Positions 1 to 11,975 of a stretch of DNA of 64,000 bases are shown here, piece by piece. The notes beneath the pieces are model-generated. The model saw only the letters and a list, made by a program, of their open reading frames with translations, was not told the DNA's origin and did not search any database. The position numbers and the translations under genes are program-made. Position 1 is the stretch's first letter; every line of letters begins with the position of its first letter. Source of the stretch: Mobula hypostoma (taxonomy: Eukaryota); the NCBI RefSeq assembly GCF_963921235.1, contig NC_086101.1, positions 36,704,001-36,768,000 on the forward strand, written 5' to 3'.

Positions 1-385
1 CCACACTCCGACACGCCGCTTCGACAGGTGGGCTAACCTGGGCGAGGGCAGCTGGTGGTCTCATACCCCAGTGAGACAGGGACGTCCCTGTCCGAACATG
101 CAAAGTCAGCTTCGGCAGACTGGGCGGATGAGATCTACAGTGAGACCCAATGGCCAGGAAGGCATTACTGCAATGCTCCATGGAGAGTGAAGGGCACGAC
201 AGGACACAGAAGAAATCATGGTCATCCACTGCAACCAAGGAAGACCCAAGTTTGTACCACTGGACTCAGACTTTTGAGTGCGAGAGAGTAGAACTGCTCC
301 AGTGCAATGGCTTTTCCACTTTAAAAACTCTCTTGCCCAGGTCTCCTGTCATCGTCAGACATGGTGGACAACCAACATTGTCAAC
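1..385. repeat. Unclassified interspersed repeat, possibly RTE-derived and non-autonomous; truncated by the window start
   Basis: GC/CpG-richer block with no recognisable protein; repeat identity is an impression only. Confidence 0.25.
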
Positions 386-1624
386 AACCAATGGCTGGAA
401 AGAGGAGAAGAGACTTGGAAGACTTGCCCGACCTGCTGAGTTCCTCCAGCGTGTTGTGAGTGTTGCTTTGATCCCAGCATCTGCAGATTATTTTGTGTTT
501 GAGACTTGGAAGAAAATCTCCATGATTATCCCTTTGGAAGACACACTACAAACAGCAGGTGGGAACATACATCATAGAACCTTAGGACACCTAATACGAT
601 GAAGTACGTCGTACAAGGTTGTGGTTGAGACATACATGGTTCTGAGAAACTGTGGGGGGGGGGGGGTGGTTTCAGGCTGGAGAGTCCAGAAACAAAGTTT
701 ATACTCTCAGGATCAGAGGTTAGCCATTTAGATCGGAGGCGGGGAGGAAGTACTTTGCCTGTGAATCTTTGTATTTCTCTTTCTCAGGGTACTGAGTATG
801 CTCAGACACAGTATTCAAAACAACATGGTAAATTGCTGGATTTATAAAAATGGAGGGATCTGCAAGAAATGTGGAGCTTACAAAAAGAGATCAGTTTCAG
901 ACTTACTGAACAACATGACAGTCTGAAGGGATTGACTGGCTGTTTCTTGCTATTTAGTTTGAATTGTAGCAGACAAACACATCTTTAACCCAGTTACGTT
1001 CTCTTCCCCTTCATTACAAGGTAGTAAAACCCAGAGATGTTACTATTTCCACTAAGCCTGACCTAACTTCTGTATTCATGTAAGCAGGATTTTATTATTG
1101 GTTGTCAGTCACAGATGGGCAGATGGGTTTGTTTCATCAAATCTTAACAGACAGTTCAAAAATTTAGTCATAAATATATTTCCTTCTTTAATTCGTGAGA
1201 ACAGAGTGGAAATATTTCACGCATTAAGCCTGGAGGTAAAGGAAAAAAAATCACTTCATCACGTGGGGAAACTTTGCAGTTAAACAAATTCCGAATATCT
1301 GTTTAAAAGATGTAGTTAGACAATATAGCAATATAGTAGAAGCTCAATTTTCACTTTTCTTGCAGGAAGTTGACATTGCCACAGAATCTGATAAGTGCAA
1401 TATTTCCGCTTCCATTTTATACCTGCAGCTGAACAGCATTTGGATGGTAAATAAATTGCTTCAGATTTTAACTCATTAAATAACACAAGATATTTGGGTA
1501 CGTTAACCTGCTCTGCTCCCTTTGGGTTTTATTTTCACACTATAGTTCTGAATTTCAATGCCCAGTTTTACAAATCTCAGTACATCCAAGAGAGATTCTG
1601 GTAAAGGATGGAATGAAACACAAG

Positions 1625-2640
1625 ATCATTAGACCATAAGAGATAGGAGCAGAATTAGGCCATTCAGCCCATCGAGTCTGCTAAGCCATTTCATCATGGC
1701 TGATTCATTTTCCTTCTCATCCCCATTCTCCTGCCTTCTCCCCATTACCTTTCATGCCCTGACTAATCAACAAGCTATCAACCTCCACCATAAAGGCACC
1801 CAGTGACTTAACTTTCACAGCCACTTGCGCCAATAAATTCCACAGATTCATCACCATCAGGTTAAAGAAATCCCTCCTCATCTCTGTTCTGAATGGACGT
1901 CCCTCTATTCTGAGGCTGTTCCCTCTGGTCCTAGACTTCCCTACAATAGATCAATAAAATCTCCCTTCAGTCTTCTAAGCTTCAGCACGCACAGGCCCAG
2001 AACCATCAAGCACTCCTCATATGATAACACTTTCATTCCCAGAATCATTCTTGTGAACTTCCTCTGAAACCTCTCCAATATCAGCTCATTGTTTCTTAGA
2101 TAAGGGGCCTAAAACTGCTCACAATACTCTGTGAGGCCTCACCAGTGCCTTACAAAGCCTCAGCATTACATCCTTGCTTTTATATATTGTAGTCCTCTCA
2201 AAATGAATGCCAACATTGCATTTGACTTCCTCACCACCAACCCAACCTGCAAATTAACCTTTAGGGAATCCTGCATGAGGACATTCCAGGCACTTACCAC
2301 CCTCTGTGTAAAAAAACTTACTCCACATACCTCCTTTAAATTTTACCTCTCTCATCTTAAAGCTATTCCTTCTAGTATTTGACTTTTATACCCTGGGATA
2401 AAGATTCTGACTACTGACTCGATCTATGCCTCTCATAAATTTATAAAGCTCTGTCAGGTCTCCATTAGCCTCTGATGCTCCAGAGAAAACAACCAAAGTT
2501 TGTCCAACCTGTCCTTATAATACATGCCCTCTAACCTCGATGGCATCCTGGTAAACCACTTCTGCACCCTCTCCAGAGCTTCCACATTACCTCCTGTAAT
2601 GCAGGGAGAGAAATGCATGCACTACCCCAAATTCAGCTTA
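1625..2640 (-). mobile_element. Two adjacent CR1 LINE 3' fragments
   Basis: Reverse-complement CR1 tail (agaccataagagataggagcagaattaggccattc) followed by degraded RT C-terminal sequence. Confidence 0.8.
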
Positions 2641-2934
2641 ATGCATGCACTACTGCTAAATGTAGCCTACCCATTTTTCAATTCTAGCTTACAACAAGCC
2701 CCAACTGTTCACATCATACTTGCTGCATGAGCCACACAGGCTTCCAGTCCAGTAATGCTTTTATTTAAAAATCTCGTGCTTGTTTTCAAATACTCTTATG
2801 GGTACAGTACACCACACCAAACTCATCTTTATTATTTCCATCAATAGTGTGATTGAATACTCTCCACACCTGGATGGCTGCAGTTCCAGCAACAGTCAAG
2901 AAACTTAATTCATTACAACACAAAGTGGCCCTCC

Positions 2935-3410
2935 AGACTGGCAACCCATCTGCCACTGGCAACTAATCTTCCATTGGTAACCCGTCCGCCACTAGCAACT
3001 CATCTGCCACTGGCAACTAATCTTCTATTGGCAACCCATCCATCACCATCAACACACTCTCTATTGGCAACCCATCCATCACCATCAACACATTCTCTAT
3101 TGGCAACCCATCCATCACCATCAACACATTCTCTATTGGCAACCTATCCATCACCATCAACACATTCTCTATTGGCAACCCATCCATCACCATCAACACA
3201 TTCTCTATTGGTAACCCATCCATCACCATCAACACATTCTCTATTGACAACCCATTCATCACTATCAACACATTCTCTATTGGTAACCCATCCATCACTA
3301 TCAACACATTCTCTATTGGCAACCCATCCATCACCATCAACACATTCTCTATTGGCAACGCATCCATCACCATCAACACATTCTCTATTGATAACCCATC
3401 ACCATGGGCA
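2935..3410. repeat. 36-bp minisatellite, about 10-13 copies
   Basis: Unit ctattggcaacccatccatcaccatcaacacattct, which gives the 12-aa periodicity in ORF 2974..3561. Confidence 0.95.
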
Positions 3411-3544
3411 ACTATATTACTATAAGTTACAGAATAAATATACAGTGCAAAAGACGAATAGCAAAGTAGTGTTCTTGTATTCCTGGACGCTTGGGCCGTT
3501 TAGAAACCTGATGACAGAGCGAAAGACGTTAGAATATAGATCTA

Positions 3545-4160
3545 TAGATGGGAAGAACTAGAATAAAAAAGCAAGGATATAATGGTGAGGCCAATAAGGC
3601 ACTGGTCAGACCACACTTGGAGTTTTGTGATTAGCCTGGGCCCCCTATCTGAGAAAAGATAAGCTGGCATTGGAGAGGGTCCAGAAGAAGTTCACAAGAA
3701 TGATTCCAGGAATGAAAGGGTATGAGGAGCGTCTGAGGCTCTGGGCAGTCTAGAAGACTGAATGGGGACCTCACTGATAACCGTCAAATATTGAAAGGCC
3801 TAAATAGAGTGGAAGAGGAGAAGATGCTTCCTAGAGTAGGGGAGTCCAGGATCAGAGGGCACAGCCTCCGAATAAAGGAATGTCCATTTAGAACAGAGAT
3901 TAGGAGGAATTTCTTTAGCCAGAGAATGGCGAATCTGTGGAATTCATTACTACAGATGGCTGTGGAGGCTGAGTCATTTGGTATGTTTAAAGCAGAGGCT
4001 GATAGATTCTTGCTTATTCGGGGCATCAAAGGTTATGGTGAAAAGGCAGGAGGATGGGATTGAGAGGGATAATAAATCAGTCACGGTGGAATGGTGGTGC
4101 AGACTCCATGGGCCAATTGGCATAATTCTACTCCAATGACTTATGATCTTATGGTCTAAG
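3545..4160 (+). mobile_element. CR1 LINE 3' fragment
   Basis: ESRIRGHSLRIK...FFSQRMANLWNSL in ORF 3791..4063 and a (cttatg)-type tail. Confidence 0.85.
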
Positions 4161-4616
4161 TTGTTCTTAAGTCATTGAGAGGGGGTATTTAGGCTCCTGT
4201 ACCTCTTCCCTGATGGTAGTAACAAGAAGAGGGCATGTCCCAAATGGTGAGGGTCTTTAATGATGGATGACATCTTCTTGAGGCTCCACCTTTTGAAGTG
4301 TTGGTTTTGCTTGTGGTGGAACTGATTGAGTCTACAACCTAATGCAGCCTAATGCAATCCTGGGCATTGGAGTCTCCATACCGGGTGATGCAAAGAGTCA
4401 GGAAGCTATAGGAATTTACAAGAGCCTTTGATGACCTCCCAAATCTCCTCAAATTCCTAATGAAGTAGAGCCACTGGCAAGCCTTCTTCGTGATTGCATC
4501 AATTTGCCCAGAATATTGAGACTCAGAAACTTGAATCTGCTCATCCTTAGTACTGCTGATCTCTCAATGAGGACGTGTATGTTCTCCTGACTGCCTTCCT
4601 GAAGCCCACAATCAAA

Positions 4617-5221
4617 TGGCCACACATTTTAATTCCACATCCCATTCCCATTCTGACATGTCTATCCACGGCCTCCTCTACTGTAAAGATGAAGCCACAC
4701 TCAGGTTGGAGGAACAACACCTTATATTCCGTCTGGGTAGCCTCCAACCTGATGGCATGAACATTGACTTCTCTAACTTCCGCTAATGCCCCAACTCCCC
4801 CTCGTACCCCATCCGTTATTTATTTATATACATACTTCCTTTCTCTCTCTCTCCTTTTTCTCCCTCTGTCCCTCTGACTATACCCCTCGCCCATCCTCTG
4901 GGTTTTTCCCCCCCCTCCCCCTCTTCCTTCTCCCTGGGCCTCCTGTCCCATGATCCTCTCATATCACTTTTGCCAATCACCTGTCCAGCTCTCGGCTCTA
5001 TCCCTCCCCCTCCTGTCTTCTCCTATCATTTTGGATCTCCCCCTCCCCCTCCCACTTTCAAATCCCTTACTCACTCTTCCTTCAGTTAGTCCTGACGAAG
5101 GGTCTCGGCCTGAAACGTCGACTGTACCTCTTCCTAGAGATGCTGCCTGGCCTGTTGCGTTCACCAGCAACTTTGATGTGTGTTGCTTGAATTTCCAGCG
5201 TCTGCAGAATTCCTGGTGTTT
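4617..5221 (+). mobile_element. Penelope-like element, family A: 5'-truncated, ORF C-terminus plus pLTR
   Basis: Translates as ATHFNSTSHSHSDMSIHGLLYCKDEATLRLEEQHLIFRLGSLQPDGMNIDFSNFR*, typical of the PLE GIY-YIG endonuclease C-terminus. It is followed by a pyrimidine-rich pLTR with a hammerhead motif. Confidence 0.85.
5088..5123 (+). ncRNA. Minimal type I hammerhead ribozyme motif
   Basis: agtc-CTGACGA-agggtctcggcct-GAAA-CG-TC-gact. Both catalytic boxes are present, with stem I (agtc/gact), a short stem II and palindromic ACGT in place of stem III. Confidence 0.8.
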
Positions 5222-5404
5222 ATCAATTCCTTGGTCTTGCCAGTATTGAGTACAAGGGTGCTGCTGTGGCATCAGTAAACCAGCAAACCTATCTTACCAC
5301 CTTGGTATGCCACCTTGTTGTAATCTGAGATTCTACCAACAATAGTGATGTCATCGGCAAATTTATAAATTGAATACTTTGCCTGTGAAAATACAAACGT
5401 TTGT

Positions 5405-5580
5405 AGATCCAAGGAGAGAGATAGAACCTCACTTATCACTTCACTTGAAAAGTGACATTGCTGACGACACAGCTGCCTCTCAGTAACGGCAACGTGAGGA
5501 CTGTATGTTTACGTCTCTGGGTTATACCTGGAGATCAAGTCTTGTCTGACTCAGAGATGCAAGCGGTAAGCCAAGGCATC
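5405..5580 (-). mobile_element. Ancient Deu-domain SINE remnant
   Basis: Degenerate reverse match to the Deu core and tRNA-like head (…ctgactcagag…). Similar remnants lie at about 21500-21790 (-), 47320-47430 (-) and 50045-50160 (+). Confidence 0.5.
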
Positions 5581-6061
5581 TAAGTATGTATTAAAGGCAG
5601 GGTAGCAACTCAGTGGTTCCAATGAATACTCTTAGGGTTCTCCTCACTAATCCGGCATTCCCAAACCAGGTGATCCATTTACCAAATGAAAAATATTAAA
5701 AATCACAACAGACGACCCACATAGTATTTCTCGTTATAGCGGAAATGACTTTTAGATAGCCAAAGTTTTTTGAGCCCATTTGCAGTTTTAGAAATTCCTG
5801 GACAGTCCACTCAAGGTCTGATTGTGCAGTCCAACAGGAAGGCAGGTGGCAGCAGAAGGGGTGTCACCAGGGAGTAGCTGTTGACGCTGGAGTATCGCTT
5901 TCCAGGAGTATCAGCCATATGACGGATATCCTCTGTGCAGTCTGGCTGCCTGAAACTCTTCAATTGGCTCGGGAACCCTTCCCACACCTAGCAAAAACAG
6001 CCTGTGATTTCCTACACATTCCTGCCAAAACACGTCGGCCATGGTGTGTATTTGTCGTTGG

Positions 6062-6085
6062 GTGTGTGCGTGTGTGTGTGTGTGC
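6062..6085. repeat. (TG)n microsatellite
   Basis: Seen directly in the sequence. Confidence 0.9.
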
Positions 6086-8239
6086 ATACCTGTGGCGTGG
6101 GTGCGCGCACTTGTAGTCTTGTCTGTGTGCGTTTATTCATCTCTGGATGTGTGTCTGTGGTCAAATTCTTGTGGTGTTTCTGTGTGCTTGAACATCAGCC
6201 ACCTGATAGATTTTCTATGCATAGTTTGTCTGAACCAATATCTGAAGTAGAATTCAGGTCATTACTATCTTATTGTTTGTGAAAGCTTGCAGCGCACAAG
6301 TTCACAACTACATTTCAGAGAATACAGCAACAACAAATAGTGCTTTGGTTGCTGTGCTTTTGGGAGATATTGTAGGGTATATGAAAGGGTCTATGTAAAG
6401 ACAATTCAGAAAAAATATATCAAAATTTGGAGCTTTAGATAACCCAGATATAGTTTATCAAACTGTATTTGCATGCATAAATGCCAGGTGATGCAAATAT
6501 ATTTGCCAAGATACCAAGAAACTTCACCCAACATTAAATGCTTCAAAGATTTTCAGCAAGATATTTATGCATTTTGCTTCACACAGCTTTCCTCATGGCT
6601 TACTGTTTCTGTTGTGGTTGGGAGTGTTACATTAATAACTGTTGTAAGAGTTGTTTAATTACTTCTCTAATTGAGAGCAAAAGTTTTCCTCAGGAGAGCA
6701 CTCTCTTTGTTTCCATTAGAAGTTTGCTTGCGATAACAATCATTAGAGTCAAATAATCTACCATGGCTAGCTTTCTGGGTAAGCAGAGCTGGTAAGCAGA
6801 TCTCCTAGCTGACAATATGTCCTCTCTCTCTGTCCCTTTCTCACCTACTTTTCTCTATCTTCCCACTACTACTTCTCCCCCCCCCGCCTTACTCTCTTTC
6901 CTTTGCCTTTCTCTGACGTTATCTCTCCTCTACCTCTTCTCAAGGCCTCTTTTTCCCCTCGATCTTTCTCCTTTCCCTGCCCCCACCCCCACCCCCACCT
7001 CCTCTTTCCCTCTCTCAAACTCCAAGTGCTTATCACTTGGAGGTGCAGTCATGTGTGATTTTCACTTACAGTTGGTAATAAGAAGGGATTAGGCTGTCAA
7101 TCAAACAACGCTAAGAGAGAAGGAAGCTGTCACTCTGTAGGGCTCCTTTACATAATGAACATTGACTCTGAAAATTTATTTTTTCACCATTGAGTGATTC
7201 CTCAGTAGGCACCTTGAGGCCAATGTGGAAGAAAGGGTGTTTGGGAGGGTTATATGATAGGGAGCTTTAAAATTATGGAAGACAGACAGAACTTGTAGAG
7301 GGTCCAAAATGAAGGGATGTGAGACAGTCATTAATAAATCCAGTAAGGAATTCTGGAAACCTTTTTCTGGGGAGGGGGGGATGTGCCCACAGAGAGGCTG
7401 AGATGCTGAGCAGAGATGGTGTTTAAGGGGAGAGGAATAGTAGGAGGTAGTGATGGGTAAACACACAGGGGAGGAGCGGGGAGAGGGAGGTAGTTGGGGG
7501 GGGGGGTGGTGAGGAGGCAGGAAGCCTGGTTCAGCTTGGTGCTGCGTTGCAAACTCTAAGTACTGAGACTTGATCTGTGAGGCTTTACCTTTCAAGAAGG
7601 GAAGGAATGTTCAGGCTGCCGACAGTTTTAAAATGAAAACAGTTGGTCTATCTTAACTCTATGGTATTCAACCGCTTCTTAAGGTAAAAGAGCACTTCCA
7701 GGTTGTTTTATCTGCTCCAGAGAAAAAAGCCCCAGGAAATTCATATTTCTCTGATAGAAAAAAACATTTAAATCTGGCCACTATATAATCTATGGTCGAC
7801 AGAGTGTAAATCTGTGAGTACATGATCACCTCATCTGATCCTGGGCTGCTCTCCATTATCTTTCTTTTTCAGCCTCTTCGCACTGGAAGCAGTTTCTCCC
7901 TGTCTACTCAGTCAGTGCCCAGTACATCGCCTCAGCTCAGGGATGAACAATCCTGGTGATTGGACATGCTTCAAAATGCTGGAGGTTTTATTTGACCAGG
8001 TTTGTTGTTGGTGAAGTGTTCACCTTGAGGTACACTTTCCAGCTCAAAGTGGCTGCTCAGCCCCTTGTTATTGCTCTGTCCAATAAGATCATGGCTGATC
8101 TTTTACCTCATGACCACTTTCCTAAACTAACCCCATATGCCTCAATTCCCTCAATATCCAAAATCATTTTCTTGAATATGTTGAGCAATTAATATTCCAC
8201 AATCCATTTGAATAGAAAGTTCCAAAGACTCACCGGGTC

Positions 8240-8610
8240 ATGCCATATTTTTACAGCAACCATCGGGCAGGAGGTATAGAAGCCTGAAGACCCACACCAC
8301 CAGGTTCAAAAACAGCTACTTCCCTTCAACCATTTGGTTCTTGAACCAATCAGTAAAGCCCTAATCACTGTAATTTAGCAATGTTATGACCACTTCGATC
8401 ACTTTGCGCTACAAACCGACTTGTTTTTTTTTGTTCTAATGGTTTTCTTGACAAAAAATTATGTATATTTATGTTGAATTTATGCCTTTTTATGAATGCA
8501 GACTATCTAATGCAATGTGCCTGTGATGTTGCTACAATTCAGTTTCATTGCACCTGTGTATTCATGAATTTGTACATATGACAATAAATTCAACTTTGAC
8601 CTTGACTTTG
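8240..8610 (+). mobile_element. Rex1/Babar LINE 3' end
   Basis: ccatcgggcaggaggtatagaagcctgaagacccacacc…aacagctacttccc, then aataaa and a (ctttga)-type tail. Confidence 0.75.
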
Positions 8611-9991
8611 AAGAAATTTCTTTTCATTGCAGTCCTGAATGGCCAATCCTGCATTTTGGTACTTGACAGCTGGTTCTGAACTCTGTACCCACAAGAAACG
8701 TCACCTCAAGTCCTCTAATGTTTTAATGAGGCCACCTTTTATTCTCCTCAACACAATAACAAACAGACTCAATCTGCAAAACCTCTCCTCATGCAACACT
8801 CACTACGAAAGGAGTCAAACTGACAAACTCTTGCTCCAAAATCCATTCTTTCTCCAAGAGGACATGGTCGCGATGGGCTGTGTTTCTCACTACTCTGCTG
8901 AACTCTCACAGGGCCCAAGGAAATAGTCAAAGGGGGAAATAGATGATATATCTAAACTGAAATTTAGGCGTTTCACATTTCACATCAGCTGCAACTCGAG
9001 GAGTGACCCCAGGGAGGTCGGTAGATCTTAACACCTGTTGACACTGAAAAAAGTGCTGTGGTCTTGTCACGCATGAGCCATGCCAGTGGATAGCAAGGGC
9101 AGATGTCACTGAGGAGTTTACTTGGGAGAATGACTGGCCTGGAGCTGAATAATGGCAAAAGTCTCACACGCAATGGTACGATAATTAATAGTGACAGGCG
9201 CTTGGGTGCATGGCATCACTTTGCACGTCTCCTATGAATGAAGCATTTGCATGTCACAAGAAGATTAAACACTGAGCCAGCAGACTCACAGCTCATGGGA
9301 TCCAGAATACCATTCACCCAAGGACAGGGGTTTAAACATCATCACTAAAAGTAACCTAAGGCTCTAAACATGGAATCAGAGCCTGTTTATACAGCAGTGA
9401 TGTTAGAAAGCACAAAACCTGTTGGAAATCTATAAATTTCTCCTTAGAGGGGCTCATGAGGCTGGAGTTCCATCAGAAATTTTCAGACTGAGTTTGACAT
9501 GTATTTGGTTGGAGCTATGGTACAGATCTAACTGAATTTCAGAACAAATTGCAAGAGTCTAGAAGGTATCTTTCTATTCCTGTAGAATTAATTGAATCTC
9601 AAAGATGCAGCCCACAAATACCAAGGGTGTGATAAAGCTGGTTCAATTTAGATAAGGTCCAGTGAGTCACTTTTCTGATGATTAAACCAACAAAGCTGAT
9701 GTAAGTGCTTGACATTTGGGTAGATGATGTAACTAGTGATGAGAAGAAACCTCAGGAGGATTATCATATCAGCAGCACTGTAAAAGATCTGTGGCTATGT
9801 GATTATCACCATTACGTAAATTATAACGTGTCAAAATCCAAAATGCTAATTTGTAGAGTCATCATAGTTAGACAGTTCTGATGGACTCTAATCCACAACT
9901 TTGGGCAAAAGACACAGTACTTCTGCCTAAAACATTAACTCTGTTTGACGAATAAATTCTCGGGCTTCCAGCTGGGTACAAGTATGATTTT

Positions 9992-10036
9992 AACTAACAT
10001 TTCGATGACAAACTCTGCCATCTTCATCAGAGATGA
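9992..10036 (-). ncRNA. Hammerhead motif in the inverted family-B pLTR (partly degenerate)
   Basis: Minus strand reads CTGATGA-agatggcagagtttgtcatc-GAAA-tgtt, with a long stem II. Confidence 0.65.
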
Positions 10037-11057
10037 TGCCTGGGCACGTCCAGTCCGGTGGTATTTATACCCCTCTCATCCATCCCTTCTGATCGGTTAG
10101 TCTTCATCCAATCAGATTTTTGTTGTCCCAATTTGTTTACAATCAAATTCCAGTTCTTACTTAGAGCGAGACTATTCTTCTCCATTTTCATCGTAAGTTG
10201 AATGTTTGAATGTATGCTGATTGGATGGTTGTGGACCTGTTGGAGTCCATGAGGCCACACTACAAAGGTGCAATTGACATATCTGAAGAAGCATTTGGGG
10301 CATGAGGGCGATAAACTCAGAGTCCTCTCCTCAAAATCCTCCATGTAGAAATTATTCAATTTGTGATGGAGATGGAGAAGAATGGTTGCCTCCCATTTCT
10401 GGACATTTTAATATGATGGAAACCAGATGGTAGCCTTGCACATGGCGTCTGTCGGAAACTCATTCACACAGACTTATATCTCAACAATAACAGCCTCATT
10501 CATGCCTCCTAATGTAGACCAGATCTTTCGACTTTGATTAACCATGCATAAACTATTTTGGACATGGACAGTCTCCATGAGGAAATAAGATGATTACGCA
10601 AGACATTCCTACAGAATGGCTGCAAGGTGAAGGAAACCAATCGGGCCCTTTAAAGGACCAATGGAAAAACCAGGAAGCTAAATAACGAGGAGGAACCCAT
10701 CACTACCACCTGTCTTCCCTATATTTCCATGGTTTCTGGAAGGATCACTAGGATCCTGAAGAAATACCATCCACAAATCCGTAAGGAAGATCAAATCACA
10801 GCAGATGACCTGGGGCTCAGGATGGCTGGTGTTTACAGAATTCCCTGTGAATGAGGAGCAACATTTAATGGCCAGATGGGATGAACGATGGAAACCTGCA
10901 TCAATGAGAACAGGAGATGTATCTGTCTGGGTTACCTGCGACACAGGCGGTAGCAGAACCTTGTAATCGCAATAACCATAGGATTGATTTCGATGGCACA
11001 AAACTACTGTGCCATGCCAAAGGCTTTTGGCACTGCCTGGTGAAGAAAGCCATTGAA

Positions 11058-11757
11058 ATTGAATTGAATTTACGTTGTTACTTACATCCTTCATATACAC
11101 AAGGAGTAAAAATCTTTACGTGACACCTCTGTCTAAATGTGCAATGTGCAATTTATAGTAATTTGTAATAAATAGTATGTACACCAGATAGTCAATATAA
11201 CATAGAAATACAGTTGTGTCAGCATGAGTTAAGCAGTCTGATGGCCTGGTGGAAGAAGCTGTCCCGGAGCCTGTTGTTCCTGGCTTTTATGCTGCAGTTC
11301 CGTTTCCTGGATGGAAACAGCTGGAATAGTTTGTGGTTGGGGTGACTCGGGTCCCTAATGATCCTTCGGGCCCTTTTTACACACCTGTCTTTGTAGTGGG
11401 AAGGTCACATCTACAGATGAGCTGGGCTGTCCGTACCACTCTCTGCAGAGTCCTGCGATTGAGGACTCAATTGAGGGAAGTACAGTTCCCATACCAGGCA
11501 GTGATGCAGCCAGTCAGGATGCTCTCAGTTGTGCCCCTGTAGGAAGTTCTTAGATTTGGGGGACAACACCAAACTTCTTCAACTGTCTGAGGTGAAAGAG
11601 GTGCTGTTGTGTCTTTTTCACCACACAGCCAGTATGTACAGACCATGTGAGGTCCTCAGTGATGTTTATGCCAAGGAACAAAGCTATCCACCCTCTCGAC
11701 CCCAAATCCATTGATCCCAACAGGGGTTAGCCTGTCTCCATTCCTCCTGTAGTCCAC
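11058..11757 (-). mobile_element. Rex1/Babar LINE 3' fragment nested in the PLE
   Basis: Near-identical to 58262-58960, with an (attca)n tail. The PLE reading AIEI|KLEEKNF resumes after it. Confidence 0.88.
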
Positions 11758-11932
11758 AATAAACTAGAGGAAAAGAATTTTAGTAAAGACAAAGGTCTCA
11801 CTCTAAGTAAGAACTGGAATTCAATTGCAAACAAGGTGGGACAGCGGAAACCTGATTGGACGAGGACTAACCAATTAGGAGGGATGGACAACGGTTGTAT
11901 AAATACCACCGGACTAGACATGCCCAGACATT

Positions 11933-11975
11933 ATCCGTGATGAAGACAGCAGAGTTTGTCATCGAAACATCGGTT
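11933..11975 (+). ncRNA. Degenerate hammerhead motif in the direct family-B pLTR
   Basis: gTGATGA-agacagcagagtttgtcatc-GAAA-catc, with the first core C mutated. A TATAAATA lies about 30 nt upstream. Confidence 0.55.

Larger units (their letters stand above)
4160..5375 (-). mobile_element. Degraded Rex1/Babar LINE, host of the PLE at 4617-5221
   Basis: Matches other Rex1 3' regions in the window (ctcctgtacctc...cctgatggtag...gaagagggcatgtcc); the sequence resumes after the PLE. Confidence 0.65.

Noticed and set aside
2974-3561. Mucin-like 195-aa ORF
   Set aside because: It is the translation of a 36-bp minisatellite, open on both strands, and runs into repeat sequence.
5800-5990. Possible minus-strand terminal exon after tttttgctag
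   Set aside because: No frame resembles a protein I recognise.
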